Made by a program: the position numbers and the translations under genes
NCBI GenBank assembly: GCA_945878135.1
Contig: CAMDUL010000007.1
Span: 31,598 to 95,597 of the forward strand
DNA from: Chthoniobacter flavus
Lineage (GTDB): Bacteria > Verrucomicrobiota > Verrucomicrobiia > Chthoniobacterales > JACTMZ01
DNA length: 64,000 nucleotides
Reading direction: 5' to 3'
In this document: in pieces, positions 35,075 to 44,857 of the stretch
How the letters are laid out: every line of letters begins with the position of its first letter
Numbering within the stretch: position 1 is the first letter of the stretch
Notes under the pieces: generated by a model
What the model saw: the letters and a program-made list of their open reading frames with translations, nothing else
The model's database searches: none
What the model was told of the DNA's origin: nothing

Positions 35075-36790
35075 CTATTCGTCGAGGGCGCTGAGGTCGG
35101 CCGTGGTCACGCGCATGACTTCCTCGATCGTCGTCTGGCCGGACGCCACTTTGTCGAAACCGTATTTGCGCAAAGGACGCATGCCTTCCTTTTCCGCGGC
35201 CGGACGCAAGTCAGCAGCCGTTTTGCGTTGGGTGATCATTTCCTGCAGCTTGGGGGTGACCATGCAGATTTCCACGATGGCGAGGCGTCCTTCGTAGCCG
35301 GACTGGCGACAGCTCTCGCAGCCGACGGCGCGCATGATCTTCGGTTCATAATCGGGCGGGAATCCGATGCTGCGCAAATAGGCGGGCGAGTAGTCGCCCG
35401 GCTGCGCGGGGGCTTTGCAGACCGGACAAAGCCGGCGGACGAGGCGCTGGGCGAGGAAGGCGCGGACCGCGCTGGCCACGAGGAAGGGCTCGACACCCAT
35501 ATCGAGCAGACGCGTGATGCCGCCGACCGCGTCGTTGGTGTGCAGCGTGCTGAAGACCAGGTGGCCGGTCAGCGCGGCACGGATGGCGATCTCGGCCGTT
35601 TCGTAGTCGCGCATTTCGCCGACCATGATGACGTTCGGGTCGCCGCGGAGAAAACTGCGCAGGAGATTGGCGAAGGTGTTGCCGATGTCGGGCTGCACCG
35701 CGCTCTGGTTGACCCCGGGCAATTTGTGCTCCACCGGATCCTCGATGGTCAGGATGCGGCGTTCCTTGGTGTTGAGCCCGGAAAGGAACGTGTAAAGCGT
35801 GGTCGACTTGCCGCAACCGGTCGGACCGGTGACGAGGATGATCCCGTTGGGCATGGCGAGCAACTCGCGGATCTTGCCGGCGTAATCGTCATCGAGACCG
35901 AGGCGCTCGAGGCTGAAGACTTCCTTGCCGAGAAGACGGAGGCTGATGCTCTCGCCGTTGATCGTGGGGATCGAGGCGACACGCACGTCGATAGGCTGTC
36001 CGCCCAGCTCGAGCGAGATGCGTCCGTCCTGCGGACGCCGGTCCTCGCCGAGGTCGAGGCCGGCGGTGAGCTTGAGGATGTTGATGACCGAGCGCTGCAG
36101 CTTGCGCATCTGCGCGGGGACCGGGACTTCCTGCAACACGCCGTCGATGCGGTAGCGCACGCGGAGATCGTCGGACAACGGCTCGACATGGATGTCGGTG
36201 GCGCGTTCGCGCAACGCTTCGCGGATGACCTGGTTGATGAATTTTTTGACCGACGCCTCCTCGGATTCGTTTTCATCGAGGACATTGACCTCGTCGCCGC
36301 GGACTTGGTCGAGTTCGTCGGAGTCACGACCTTCGAGGAGTTCCTCGAACGTTTCGGCGCCGATGCCGTAGACCTGGCGCAAGGCCGGCAGGATGCCCTT
36401 GCGCGTGTAGACTTCGTAGCGCACGCGCTGGGGCACGGCTTCGGCCACCGCTTGGCGGGCCAGCAGGTCGAACGGGTCGTAGGTCAGCAAGGTGAGCTGG
36501 TCGTTCTCCACCCCGACCGGCAGGAGCTGGTAGCGCAGGGCGATGCGGGCCGGCAATTTGGCGCGCAGTTCGGGCGTGGCCTTGGCAATATCGGCCCCGC
36601 CCCACGGGAGATGGAATTTTTCGGTCAGCTCCCGGTAGAAGCCGGTCTCGTCGAGTTCCGCATTGTCGAGCAGGGCGCGCAGCATGGACGACTGGCTGCG
36701 GGCGGCTTCGGTCAGCGAGGAGGAAATTTTCTCGCGGTCGGACGCCCCGTGGCGGGCGGCCATTTCGACCAGTTCGGGGATCAACGCCAT
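35075..36790 (-). CDS. gspE: type II secretion ATPase GspE
   Basis: 571 aa. Walker A GPTGCGKSTT, Asp/His boxes (MVGEMRDYETA, TGHLVFSTLHTN) and the tetracysteine motif CPVC...CESC. Confidence 0.93.
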   Translation of the reverse strand: MALIPELVEMAARHGASDREKISSSLTEAARSQSSMLRALLDNAELDETGFYRELTEKFHLPWGGADIAKATPELRAKLPARIALRYQLLPVGVENDQLTLLTYDPFDLLARQAVAEAVPQRVRYEVYTRKGILPALRQVYGIGAETFEELLEGRDSDELDQVRGDEVNVLDENESEEASVKKFINQVIREALRERATDIHVEPLSDDLRVRYRIDGVLQEVPVPAQMRKLQRSVINILKLTAGLDLGEDRRPQDGRISLELGGQPIDVRVASIPTINGESISLRLLGKEVFSLERLGLDDDYAGKIRELLAMPNGIILVTGPTGCGKSTTLYTFLSGLNTKERRILTIEDPVEHKLPGVNQSAVQPDIGNTFANLLRSFLRGDPNVIMVGEMRDYETAEIAIRAALTGHLVFSTLHTNDAVGGITRLLDMGVEPFLVASAVRAFLAQRLVRRLCPVCKAPAQPGDYSPAYLRSIGFPPDYEPKIMRAVGCESCRQSGYEGRLAIVEICMVTPKLQEMITQRKTAADLRPAAEKEGMRPLRKYGFDKVASGQTTIEEVMRVTTADLSALDE

Positions 36791-36803
36791 GGCGGACGGA
36801 CGC

Positions 36804-39248
36804 CTACTGAGGGGCGCTGGCTTTTTGTTTTGTGCGCGGACGCTGGGCTTTCTCCGGCGCGTATTCCTCGTAGTCCCAACCCGCCGGACGCAACGGATCG
36901 CGCGGTTTGCGCACGGAGCTGTCGGACTCGAGTTCCTGCCCGTCGAAGACGACCGGCGTGTTGGCGAAAGCCGGCGGCGCGGCCTCGGCGTAAGCTTCGT
37001 CGCCGATCTTGCTGCGGTAGCGCTCCTGCCAGCTGGCCTCCGCGAGGTCGGCGTCGTTCTCGACCACGGTGGGCTGGAGAAGGACGAGGAGTTCCTGCCG
37101 TTGCACCTTGCGCGAGTTCTGTTTGAACAGGTACCCGAGCACGGGAATGCGCATGAGGAAAGGCACTCCGGCGTCGCCGGCCTCCATGCGCTCGACGATG
37201 AGACCGCCCAGCACGACCGTCCCGCCGCTGGGCACGGTCACCGTGGTGGTGAGCTCCTGCGAGCCGATGATGGGCGTGAGGTTGCCCCCGAGGTTCTCGA
37301 AACGAAGCACGTCGTTTTTGGTCTGCACGATGACCAGCGTGACGTCCTTGTTGGCGTTGATCAGCGGCAGGACCTCGAGTTTCAGCAGGACGTCCTTGTA
37401 GGTGATATTCGAGCTGATTCCGGTGGTGTTTTGCGTGGTGATGGTGGAGGAGGCCAGCGTGCTGCTGACAAAAGGCACCTGCTGGCCGGAGCTGATGACG
37501 GCTTTCTTGTTGTTCGAAGTGTAGACCACCGGGCGCGAGAGGACTTTGAATTTCCCGGTTTCCTCGAGGGCGCGGGCGTAGACATCGACCGCGTCGGCAA
37601 TGGTGCCGTAAATGGTCAGGCCCTGCAGGCCCTGGAACAATTGCGGGCGGATGAGATCGACCGGATTCGGCAGGTTGGAACCGGAGAGCACGTTGCCCGG
37701 ATCGAGACCGAGCGGGTTGATCAGCGAACCGGCCAGACCGGTGCCCGCGCCGTTGCTCGTGTAGCGCAGGAAGTAACTGAACCCGAATTCCATCTCGTCG
37801 GACAAATTCAACTCGCCGATGACAGCCGCGATGTAGACCTGGCGCGGACGCACGTCGAGCATGTCGAGGAGTTGGCCGGCTTTCTGGCGGCTGTCGGGCG
37901 GCCCTATGACAATGATCGTGTTGGAACTCTTGTCGGCGATGATCTTGGTCTTGCCGACGATGATCGACTGCGGGGCGCCGTCCTCGGTGGGTTCGCGGAT
38001 GCGGTCGGGGCGGCTGGTGCCGCCGCCGGTGGAAAGCCCGCCGTCCGACCCGATGCCCTGCCCGGTGCCGGTGCCACCTTCGATCACCGCCCGGTCGCCC
38101 CCTGACCGCCCGGTGGTCGCCCCGCCGCCTTCGGTGTCGCCGTCCGAGAGCAGATCGCTGAGGACCGGCAGGACGTCGATGGCCGAGACGAATTTCAACG
38201 GACGCTCGAGCACGGCATCGAGCGGCACGGGCGCGTCGAGCTCGGCGATGAGTTTTTTGATGTAGGGCATGTTGACCGGGCGCGTGACGACAAGGATGCG
38301 GTTGGTGCGCGGATCGGCCGCCAGTTGGGTTTCGCCGACGATGAGATTGGATTCGAATTGGGCCCCGCCACCGGTGGCCAGGGTGGCCTGGATGATCTGG
38401 CCCTGGGCATCGACTTGCGGTTGGCCCGGTTGACCGGGAGCGCTGGGGGCGCCCTCGTCGCGCTTTTCGACGAGACTTTGGAGGACCTCGACGACTTTTT
38501 CCGCGTCCGCGCGCTTCAAGGTGACAAACTCGGTCACGACCTGGGCCGGCGGGACATCGACCATGGCTTGGAGGGAGATGAGTTTGCGGATGACCGGGAC
38601 ATTCTCGGTGATGAGCACAGCCTGCACGTTGGGCACCGGGGTGAAGGAGGTGTAAGCTTTCGGCGGGCTGACGAAAGTTTGGAAGAGTTGCACGGCCTGC
38701 TCGGGCGCGAGGTAGCTGAACTTCATGAAATAGCTGACGACCTGGTCGCTGGCCGGCAGCGTGTACGGCGTGGAAAAGATCGGGATGCCCTCCGAGCGCG
38801 GGAATTTCGTGGGACCGAGAATCTTCTGCGTGTTCTCGTCGACCGGGACAAAGGTGTAGCCGTTGAGCAGCAACGACGCTTCGATCAGCCGGATGGCCTC
38901 GCTTTTCGGCACCTCGCCGGGCACGACGATGGTCAGCGGGGCGCCTTGGGCCAAGGCGGAATCGCGGACCAGACGTTTGCCGGTCAGAACCTCGTAAAGG
39001 CTGAGGATTTCGGTGATTGAGGTATTGGGGAAGGTCAGGCGGATGGGCTGCTCGGGAGGGACCAGCGGAGGCGAAGGAGCCGGGCGCTCGTCGGCGGGCT
39101 CCAAGTCGACCGGCGGCAAGGGCTCGGCCTGCTGGGGAGGAGGCGCCGGGGCGGGCGGTGGCGGTTGTTGCGCGACCGACAAATCCCCCGCAGCCAGCAA
39201 GAAGGCCGTGGAGAAGACGGAGAACAGTCGGAACACAGAGGTAGCCAT
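36804..39248 (-). CDS. gspD: type II secretion outer-membrane secretin GspD
   Basis: ATG 39248 gives a signal peptide (MATSVFRLFSVFSTAFLLAAGDLSVAQ). There are N-domain repeats and a C-terminal secretin domain ending in VPFLMRIPVLGYLFK. Confidence 0.9.
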   Translation of the reverse strand: MATSVFRLFSVFSTAFLLAAGDLSVAQQPPPPAPAPPPQQAEPLPPVDLEPADERPAPSPPLVPPEQPIRLTFPNTSITEILSLYEVLTGKRLVRDSALAQGAPLTIVVPGEVPKSEAIRLIEASLLLNGYTFVPVDENTQKILGPTKFPRSEGIPIFSTPYTLPASDQVVSYFMKFSYLAPEQAVQLFQTFVSPPKAYTSFTPVPNVQAVLITENVPVIRKLISLQAMVDVPPAQVVTEFVTLKRADAEKVVEVLQSLVEKRDEGAPSAPGQPGQPQVDAQGQIIQATLATGGGAQFESNLIVGETQLAADPRTNRILVVTRPVNMPYIKKLIAELDAPVPLDAVLERPLKFVSAIDVLPVLSDLLSDGDTEGGGATTGRSGGDRAVIEGGTGTGQGIGSDGGLSTGGGTSRPDRIREPTEDGAPQSIIVGKTKIIADKSSNTIIVIGPPDSRQKAGQLLDMLDVRPRQVYIAAVIGELNLSDEMEFGFSYFLRYTSNGAGTGLAGSLINPLGLDPGNVLSGSNLPNPVDLIRPQLFQGLQGLTIYGTIADAVDVYARALEETGKFKVLSRPVVYTSNNKKAVISSGQQVPFVSSTLASSTITTQNTTGISSNITYKDVLLKLEVLPLINANKDVTLVIVQTKNDVLRFENLGGNLTPIIGSQELTTTVTVPSGGTVVLGGLIVERMEAGDAGVPFLMRIPVLGYLFKQNSRKVQRQELLVLLQPTVVENDADLAEASWQERYRSKIGDEAYAEAAPPAFANTPVVFDGQELESDSSVRKPRDPLRPAGWDYEEYAPEKAQRPRTKQKASAPQ

Positions 39249-39291
39249 CGCGGGTCGGGACAAGGGAAGTAAAGCAGAGAAAGGGGGATTC

Positions 39292-40125
39292 TCAAGGCGC
39301 AGCTGGAACAATCGCCCGCCGCCGGATCACTCTGGGTGGCGCCATGGGTTGCTGTCCGGGCGGCTGGACTTGTCCGTTCGGGCCAACAACCGTCCCCGGC
39401 GGCACCGGTGAACCGGGGACGGGAATGGGCGACTGGGGAACGCCCGCCACCTGGCCGGCCATCCCCGGAACCTGTCCTTGCGGTGGCACTCCCGGGGCTT
39501 GGGCGGCGGGATTGCCCGGTTGGATCTGCGGTGGTGCCGGGACGGGCATGGCCATGCCCGGGACGGCCATGGGCGGCGGACCGGCGTCGAATTTGACCAC
39601 ACCGACTTCCGCGCCCTGACGAACGGTCGCGGTGGAATTGCTGTATTTGTCGGCGGCCACATCGACCTGCACGAGGGTCAGACCGCCTTCGCTCGCGCCC
39701 TTCTTGATCATCATCCGCTGCTGCGTGGAACGCTCCATGAGAAAAGCAATCGGCTCACCTCCGACCTCGGCCAGGCCGGTCAAGGCGTAGCGTTGGGCCA
39801 GACCGGCCGACTCGACCGGGGGTGCCACCGACTCCAATTGGAAGGGCGAACGTTTCCAGAGCGCCTCATAGCGCGAAAGCGGGAAGGGGGGCGGCACCAG
39901 CTCATCCTCCGGGGGCTCCGCTGCGGGTTCGGCCGCGGCTTCGGCGGGGGGAGGAGAAGGTGAAGGGACGGGGGTGGCAGCGGGTCGCGCGGGAGAAGGC
40001 GACGCGACGGCTTCCACCGGACGTTCGGTTACCTCCGGCTTGACCAGCAGTTCCTTGGCTGACGGTGTCTCGTCCGACGCGGGCGCCGCAGCCACGAGAA
40101 GGAAAAACAGGACGGCGGTCTTCAC
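39292..40125 (-). CDS. GspC/PilP-like secretin-interacting protein with Pro-rich flanks
   Basis: GTG 40125 overlaps the upstream stop (GTGA). There is an N-terminal hydrophobic anchor. The central segment YALTGLAEVGGEPIAFLMERSTQQRMMIKKG...LTLVQV resembles the HR/PilP beta-domain. Pro-rich regions flank it on both sides. Confidence 0.5.
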   Translation of the reverse strand: MKTAVLFFLLVAAAPASDETPSAKELLVKPEVTERPVEAVASPSPARPAATPVPSPSPPPAEAAAEPAAEPPEDELVPPPFPLSRYEALWKRSPFQLESVAPPVESAGLAQRYALTGLAEVGGEPIAFLMERSTQQRMMIKKGASEGGLTLVQVDVAADKYSNSTATVRQGAEVGVVKFDAGPPPMAVPGMAMPVPAPPQIQPGNPAAQAPGVPPQGQVPGMAGQVAGVPQSPIPVPGSPVPPGTVVGPNGQVQPPGQQPMAPPRVIRRRAIVPAAP

Positions 40126-40661
40126 GGCGCAGACTCCCCGGCCGGACGATACCAGCGTGCGACCTCGACATCGCAGACCACTTCCGGCGGTTCGCCGCTC
40201 TTGATGCGGAGTTGTTTGATCACGCGGAAATCGCGCGGCTTTTGCAACGCGGACAACCATTTGACCACGGCCTCCATGGGGCCCTTGACCGTCGAGGCAT
40301 CGTAGACCTCGGCGATGGAGCCGCGTGGCGGCACAGGACCTCCGCCACGCCGAGTGTATTCGAGGCCGCTGTTCTTGGCACTTGTCTCGACAAATTGCGT
40401 GAACTTGGTGTCGTCCTCCACCGTGCCGACGTCGTCCACCGGCTGGTTGGCGTCGAGCCACGCGGCCCGCTCGTCCCAGTAAGCGCGGTCGGCGAGGATG
40501 GCGCGGTGCTCGTCGAGCTGCGCACGCAACTGGACGATGCCGGTCTGCAGCGAGCGCTGGCGGTTGAGGAAAGCCTGCAAGCCCACGACGTTGAGCAGGA
40601 GGAAAATCGCCCCGAGGAGAAAGACAAGCAGTGTGCGTTCTTTAGCCGTCAGTGCCCTCAT
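40122..40661 (-). CDS. GspM/PilO-like bitopic inner-membrane protein
   Basis: ATG 40661 gives MRALTAKERTLLVFLLGAIFLLLNVVGLQAF: a short cytoplasmic tail, one TM helix and a ~140-aa periplasmic domain. The call rests on position in the cluster. Confidence 0.5.
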   Translation of the reverse strand: MRALTAKERTLLVFLLGAIFLLLNVVGLQAFLNRQRSLQTGIVQLRAQLDEHRAILADRAYWDERAAWLDANQPVDDVGTVEDDTKFTQFVETSAKNSGLEYTRRGGGPVPPRGSIAEVYDASTVKGPMEAVVKWLSALQKPRDFRVIKQLRIKSGEPPEVVCDVEVARWYRPAGESAP

Positions 40662-41922
40662 CGAAACCTCCTTCCGTTTGGGTCGCCGCACCCGGCCTTA
40701 CCCCGTCGATCTGGAAACGCGCGCTGCGGTTGGGCAGGGATTTGGGATTTTCCGCCGTCCATTCGTAAGCGGCCAGCTCCTTGCTCTTCTTCACCGCGTC
40801 CATGTAAAGCTGCGCCGCGGTGAAGTCCTTGGCCTCGCCTTGCACTATGACACGCCCGAGATTCATTTCGAAAAGGGTCAGCCGCACGCCGTCCTCCGGC
40901 AGCAATCGGGCCGCCTCGTGGAGCACCTCGAGCGGATATCCCTTCGGGTCGAGCGCGGCGTCGAGTGCGTTCCAGCGCTGCATGGCTTCCTTGGTCGAGG
41001 CCACGGCCCCGGCATCGCGGTCGATTTCGGCCTGCAACGACCGTGCCTGCCAGTGCAGGCGCAGGGTGTTGGCGGCCAGCGCCAGGACCAGGAAAAAATA
41101 AACCGCGGCCGCCGCCAGGGCGAGACGCTGGCGCCGCGCCGCCGTTGCCTTCGACATCTGGACCTCGCGCACGGGCAAGGGCAGGCAATCCGCACCTCCG
41201 GCCGGACGCACCGGCGGGGGCAGCGGCACGGTGTCAACCGGCATGCCGCCGGCGGAGCGCCACGCTCCCAGGTCCGGAGCTTCGGGTTCTTCATGGAGAA
41301 TCCGGGCCGCCACACCCGGTTCCAGCATGCGGCCGGCCTCGAGCGGAGCCAGCATCATCCAAACTTCCGAGGCCATCCCCGCATCCGGGGCAACGGCGGT
41401 CAGGGGTTGGAAATGCAGGAGTTTTTCACCGCGCGTCACCGCCGCCACCCACATCCCCTCCTCCCTCCAGATCGTCACCGCGTCGGATGCCAAGGGCAGG
41501 CAGGCGGGCGAAACCGCATACTCGGTCACGTCCCCGTGCCAGTAACGCGCCGCCAGATGCGCCGGCCAGACGACGGCATGCAGAAGCACCTCGCGGTCTT
41601 CCCGGACGATCTCCCGCCAGACGAAAGTGGTCGCCTCGCGACTGCGACCCGCCAGACCGCGCAACTCGAGTTGCGTGAAAACCAGATCGCCGAAAACGGA
41701 CGGATCCTCGGCCGGAACCCAAACCGCGAAGGAAAAGGCGCGGCGGACCGGGATGGCGATGAGACTCCCGGCGGCAGGCTTGAGGTCCGCAAGCTCCGGC
41801 GCTTCGCCGGACAACTGCCAGGCGCCGCCCTCGCTTTCCTGCCACTTTTGCCACCCGGTCGCGACCGGACGCAAAATGGCGCGGCGGCGCGCGGCGCGGG
41901 GGTTTTCTATCTTTCCTCCCAT
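40642..41922 (-). CDS. GspL-like protein (cytoplasmic domain, TM helix, periplasmic domain)
   Basis: 426 aa with a single central TM helix (LALAAAAVYFFLVLALAANTL). The architecture and its position between gspK and the gspM-like gene match GspL. Sequence recognition is weak. Confidence 0.55.
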   Translation of the reverse strand: MGGKIENPRAARRRAILRPVATGWQKWQESEGGAWQLSGEAPELADLKPAAGSLIAIPVRRAFSFAVWVPAEDPSVFGDLVFTQLELRGLAGRSREATTFVWREIVREDREVLLHAVVWPAHLAARYWHGDVTEYAVSPACLPLASDAVTIWREEGMWVAAVTRGEKLLHFQPLTAVAPDAGMASEVWMMLAPLEAGRMLEPGVAARILHEEPEAPDLGAWRSAGGMPVDTVPLPPPVRPAGGADCLPLPVREVQMSKATAARRQRLALAAAAVYFFLVLALAANTLRLHWQARSLQAEIDRDAGAVASTKEAMQRWNALDAALDPKGYPLEVLHEAARLLPEDGVRLTLFEMNLGRVIVQGEAKDFTAAQLYMDAVKKSKELAAYEWTAENPKSLPNRSARFQIDGVRPGAATQTEGGFDEGTDG

Positions 41923-42833
41923 AACAGGTATTCGGTGGGCTGGCCGCCGTCGCCGGAAGCGGTCACAACGGAGACCAGCACTTCACAGTCGTCCACGAGG
42001 CCACGGCTATCAATTCTTTTGACCGCGCTCTCGGTGGTCAGCCGCGCCGTCACACGGTCGGGTGGAAGCGGGGATGTCTGCAGCCAGCCGCCCAACTGTT
42101 CCACGCTTTCGAAGCGCACGTCATCTTCCGAGGGCTCGATTTCATCGCCCCCGCGGCGCAAGCGCAGGATGTCCCCGACCATTTCGGGGGTGAGTCCCGT
42201 CACCGCCTGCAGCACATCCGGACCGGCCTCGTTGACGTCGATCCTTCCGTCGCCGAAGACAGTAAAAGCCTCGCGCCAGGCGGGGTTGCGTTCGGCGAGA
42301 ACTTCCATGCCCATGACCCGGCCCATCTCGTCCACCGAACGGAACGGACGGTCGGCCGGAGCGTCCACGATGCCCATGGCTTCGTAATCCGCGCGTTCGG
42401 CGCCGTTGAGCTGGCGCCCGGCATCGTCGTCCACCCAATCGGTCAGCCGGTCGAAAAGGACGTCGGCCTCGTCATTGCTCAGCCCCCAGAGGATGAAAAG
42501 ATTCTTCAAGGTGATGCGATCCTGCTCGGCGAGCAAAGCATTGATGTTGAAACGCGCGCCCTCGCCGCGGATCCGCACGCGCAACTTCCCGCCGTCGTTC
42601 AGATCCTGGTTCAACAAAGCGATATCCTCGCGGGTCACCTGCGGATGCAAGCCGAGCGCCACGCCGCTCAACGCGATCTGGCGCGCGGCCAGGCGTTTGG
42701 CCTCGGCCGCGCCGGAATCGAGCTCGGTGCCGACCAGATCCGCCACCCACAGCAGGGCGAAGGAAAGCACCGCAATGGCCCAGAGCACGAGCAAAAGGGC
42801 CGCGGCGCGAGGAGGTTGGCGGGTTTTTATCAT
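41907..42833 (-). CDS. gspK: type II secretion minor pseudopilin GspK
   Basis: ATG 42833 within ORF 41907..43094. Hydrophobic N-terminus without Glu5, plus the RFNINAL and LTDWVDDD motifs characteristic of GspK. ATGA overlap with the gspJ-like gene. Confidence 0.75.
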   Translation of the reverse strand: MIKTRQPPRAAALLLVLWAIAVLSFALLWVADLVGTELDSGAAEAKRLAARQIALSGVALGLHPQVTREDIALLNQDLNDGGKLRVRIRGEGARFNINALLAEQDRITLKNLFILWGLSNDEADVLFDRLTDWVDDDAGRQLNGAERADYEAMGIVDAPADRPFRSVDEMGRVMGMEVLAERNPAWREAFTVFGDGRIDVNEAGPDVLQAVTGLTPEMVGDILRLRRGGDEIEPSEDDVRFESVEQLGGWLQTSPLPPDRVTARLTTESAVKRIDSRGLVDDCEVLVSVVTASGDGGQPTEYLLWEER

Positions 42834-43534
42834 GGCCCTGGCAACGGACCCGACCGGTCCGCCTCGATCTCCGGCGCTTCCCCCGGCTGACCCTCCGGGC
42901 CGGCCGTCTGCTCCTTGACCGGCGGCAGCCAGAAAACGTAGCTGCGCGGCACTTCCTCCCCGAGCAACTCCAGGCTCAACTCGACCAGCGGCGGACGCTC
43001 CCCGCCTTCCGGCCACTCTTCGACCCATTCCTGCAACGCGGGATTGAAGAACCTCCAGCGCGCCGCGCGCAAGTCCGGCACGAGCCGCAACCACCGCCCT
43101 CGGTCCAAGGCATCGAGGCGCTCCGTCTCACCGAGCGAGGAAGGCAGCAGGAGCAGGCTGAATTCGCGGCCGCCGCCCAATCGCGGCCGCGCCGCCAGCA
43201 CCACCGTGCCGGCCGAGGGCCCGCCCGATCCCCAGGCGAACACCCCGGGCGCGTCGCGCAGGACGATCTCCGGAATACCTTCGCCGCCCGCGCGCACACC
43301 GCCGGAAATTCCCGCCGTGGCCGGCAAATTGTGGAACGTGCGGCGCAGCAGGCCCACGAAGGCGTTCAGCCGCTGGGTGCGCAGATTCTCCTCGGACAAC
43401 GTCGCCGTCGCCTGCACCGCCGCGCTCACCGTCGCGTAGATGCCTCCGGCCATCAGCACGAAAATCATGATGACCACGATCATTTCGAAGAGCGTGAAGC
43501 CCGCGCAGCCGCGCCGGAAAACACGCCGCTTCAT
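42830..43534 (-). CDS. minor pseudopilin, GspJ-like
   Basis: ATG 43534. Prepilin-type N-terminus CAGFTLFEMIVVIMIFVL. ATGA overlap with the upstream gene. Confidence 0.65.
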   Translation of the reverse strand: MKRRVFRRGCAGFTLFEMIVVIMIFVLMAGGIYATVSAAVQATATLSEENLRTQRLNAFVGLLRRTFHNLPATAGISGGVRAGGEGIPEIVLRDAPGVFAWGSGGPSAGTVVLAARPRLGGGREFSLLLLPSSLGETERLDALDRGRWLRLVPDLRAARWRFFNPALQEWVEEWPEGGERPPLVELSLELLGEEVPRSYVFWLPPVKEQTAGPEGQPGEAPEIEADRSGPLPGP

Positions 43535-43914
43535 GGCTGGTAACGCAGGTGGCTTTCCTGCCATTCTTGCTTCTCGCCCTGCTCGGTCCACTCCGCCCGC
43601 ACCGTCACCCGCCAGAGGCCGCCGAGTTCCTCGTCGTCCTTGTTGCGGAACTCGGGGGCCGGCTCGGCCGCGACGGAATAGGTCACGCCGAGGACATCCG
43701 GTCCCGCCTCGCGTCCCTGCTCCAGAACCGCGACCGGCAGGGCCATCGACTCGTCGAGGAGCGACTCAAGCTGCTGGCGGATTTCCCCGTCACGACGGAG
43801 GTAGTTGTTGGCCGCGAAGGAGCGGTCGAGGGCGAAAGCCAGACCGCCGACCGCGAGCACGAACATGCCGAGCGCGACCAGCACCTCGAGCAAAGTGAAC
43901 CCGCCTCGCCTCAT
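43531..43914 (-). CDS. minor pseudopilin, GspI-like
   Basis: ATG 43914. Prepilin-type N-terminus RRGGFTLLEVLVALGMFVL; 127 aa. ATGA overlap with the upstream gene. Confidence 0.7.
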   Translation of the reverse strand: MRRGGFTLLEVLVALGMFVLAVGGLAFALDRSFAANNYLRRDGEIRQQLESLLDESMALPVAVLEQGREAGPDVLGVTYSVAAEPAPEFRNKDDEELGGLWRVTVRAEWTEQGEKQEWQESHLRYQP

Positions 43915-44387
43915 GGGATGTAATAACCCTCGTCGGCGATCCCCGCGGTCAGCGCGTCGAAAGTCACCTTCATCCACGCCTCGTCCTCCTCCACGCGCAC
44001 CGACAGCGGTTCGCACAGACCGGTCGGTTGGAAAACCCACCGTTGGCCGTCCGGCCGCACCGCCCGGTCCGCCCCGAAAGGCTCGACGACGTAGCGCATG
44101 CCGCGCGGCAGGCGGAACGATTCGCCCGGCTCCACTTCCCCGGGCCGACGGAGGGCAAAGCCGTCTTTGGCGAAGACCACCTCGGCGGACTGTCCCGTGG
44201 TCATCGCATCGGCCCGCGCGGTTTTGGCCAGCACGAGCAACTCGCGCACCACATCGCGCAGGCGTTGCTCGCGGGTGAAACCCGATGTCATAGGCACGGC
44301 CGCGCCGATGATCAGGACAATGATCGCGACGACCATCGCGATCTCCAGCAAGGTGTAGCCGCGGGCCGGCCGGCGCTTGGTTCTCAT
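43911..44387 (-). CDS. minor pseudopilin, GspH-like
   Basis: ATG 44387. Prepilin-type N-terminus ARGYTLLEIAMVVAIIVLI; 158 aa. Confidence 0.7.
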   Translation of the reverse strand: MRTKRRPARGYTLLEIAMVVAIIVLIIGAAVPMTSGFTREQRLRDVVRELLVLAKTARADAMTTGQSAEVVFAKDGFALRRPGEVEPGESFRLPRGMRYVVEPFGADRAVRPDGQRWVFQPTGLCEPLSVRVEEDEAWMKVTFDALTAGIADEGYYIP

Positions 44388-44407
44388 GGGCTCCGCCGCC
44401 CGCCGGG

Positions 44408-44851
44408 TCACTCGGTGGACGACTGGTTCGTGATGTCGTCGCCGCCGCCTTCCTGGCGATCCGGACCTTTCGAGACCAGATCGAAGCCACGGGGGTTCAG
44501 CTTGCCCGGATTGCGGTAAAGGTACGGCTCGCCCCACGGATCGAGGGGCACGCGCTCCATCAGCTGGATCCAGCGGCGCGGGGCAGGTTCGGCGCTGGGA
44601 CGCTGCACCAATGCTTCCAAACCCTGCGCGCTGGTCGGCATGCGCATGTTCTGCATCTCGTAGGTGCGCAGCTGCGTGCTGATGGCCTGGAAGTCGGCAT
44701 CCACGCGGCTCTGGCGCGCCACATCGATGTTGCCGACCAGCAGGTAGATGGCCGACCCGACCAGCACCGCGATGATGCCCAGCACGAGCATGATCTCGAA
44801 CAGGGTGTAGCCCGCCGTATGACGGAGGTGGCGCGGGGATAATTTGGTCAT
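44408..44851 (-). CDS. gspG: type II secretion major pseudopilin GspG
   Basis: ATG 44851. Prepilin N-terminus TAGYTLFEIMLVLGIIAVL and C-terminal GspG domain (LDPWGEPYLYRNPGKLNPRGFDLVSKGPDRQEG). Confidence 0.9.
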   Translation of the reverse strand: MTKLSPRHLRHTAGYTLFEIMLVLGIIAVLVGSAIYLLVGNIDVARQSRVDADFQAISTQLRTYEMQNMRMPTSAQGLEALVQRPSAEPAPRRWIQLMERVPLDPWGEPYLYRNPGKLNPRGFDLVSKGPDRQEGGGDDITNQSSTE

Positions 44852-44857
44852 CGGGGG

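Noticed and set aside
33374-37126. 1250-aa ORF on the plus strand, the longest non-UvrA ORF in the track
   Set aside because: It is entirely antisense to gspF and gspE, which carry unmistakable motifs. Its translation is Arg/Gly/Ala/Asp-rich with no recognisable domain. This is the typical shadow ORF of GC-rich coding sequence.
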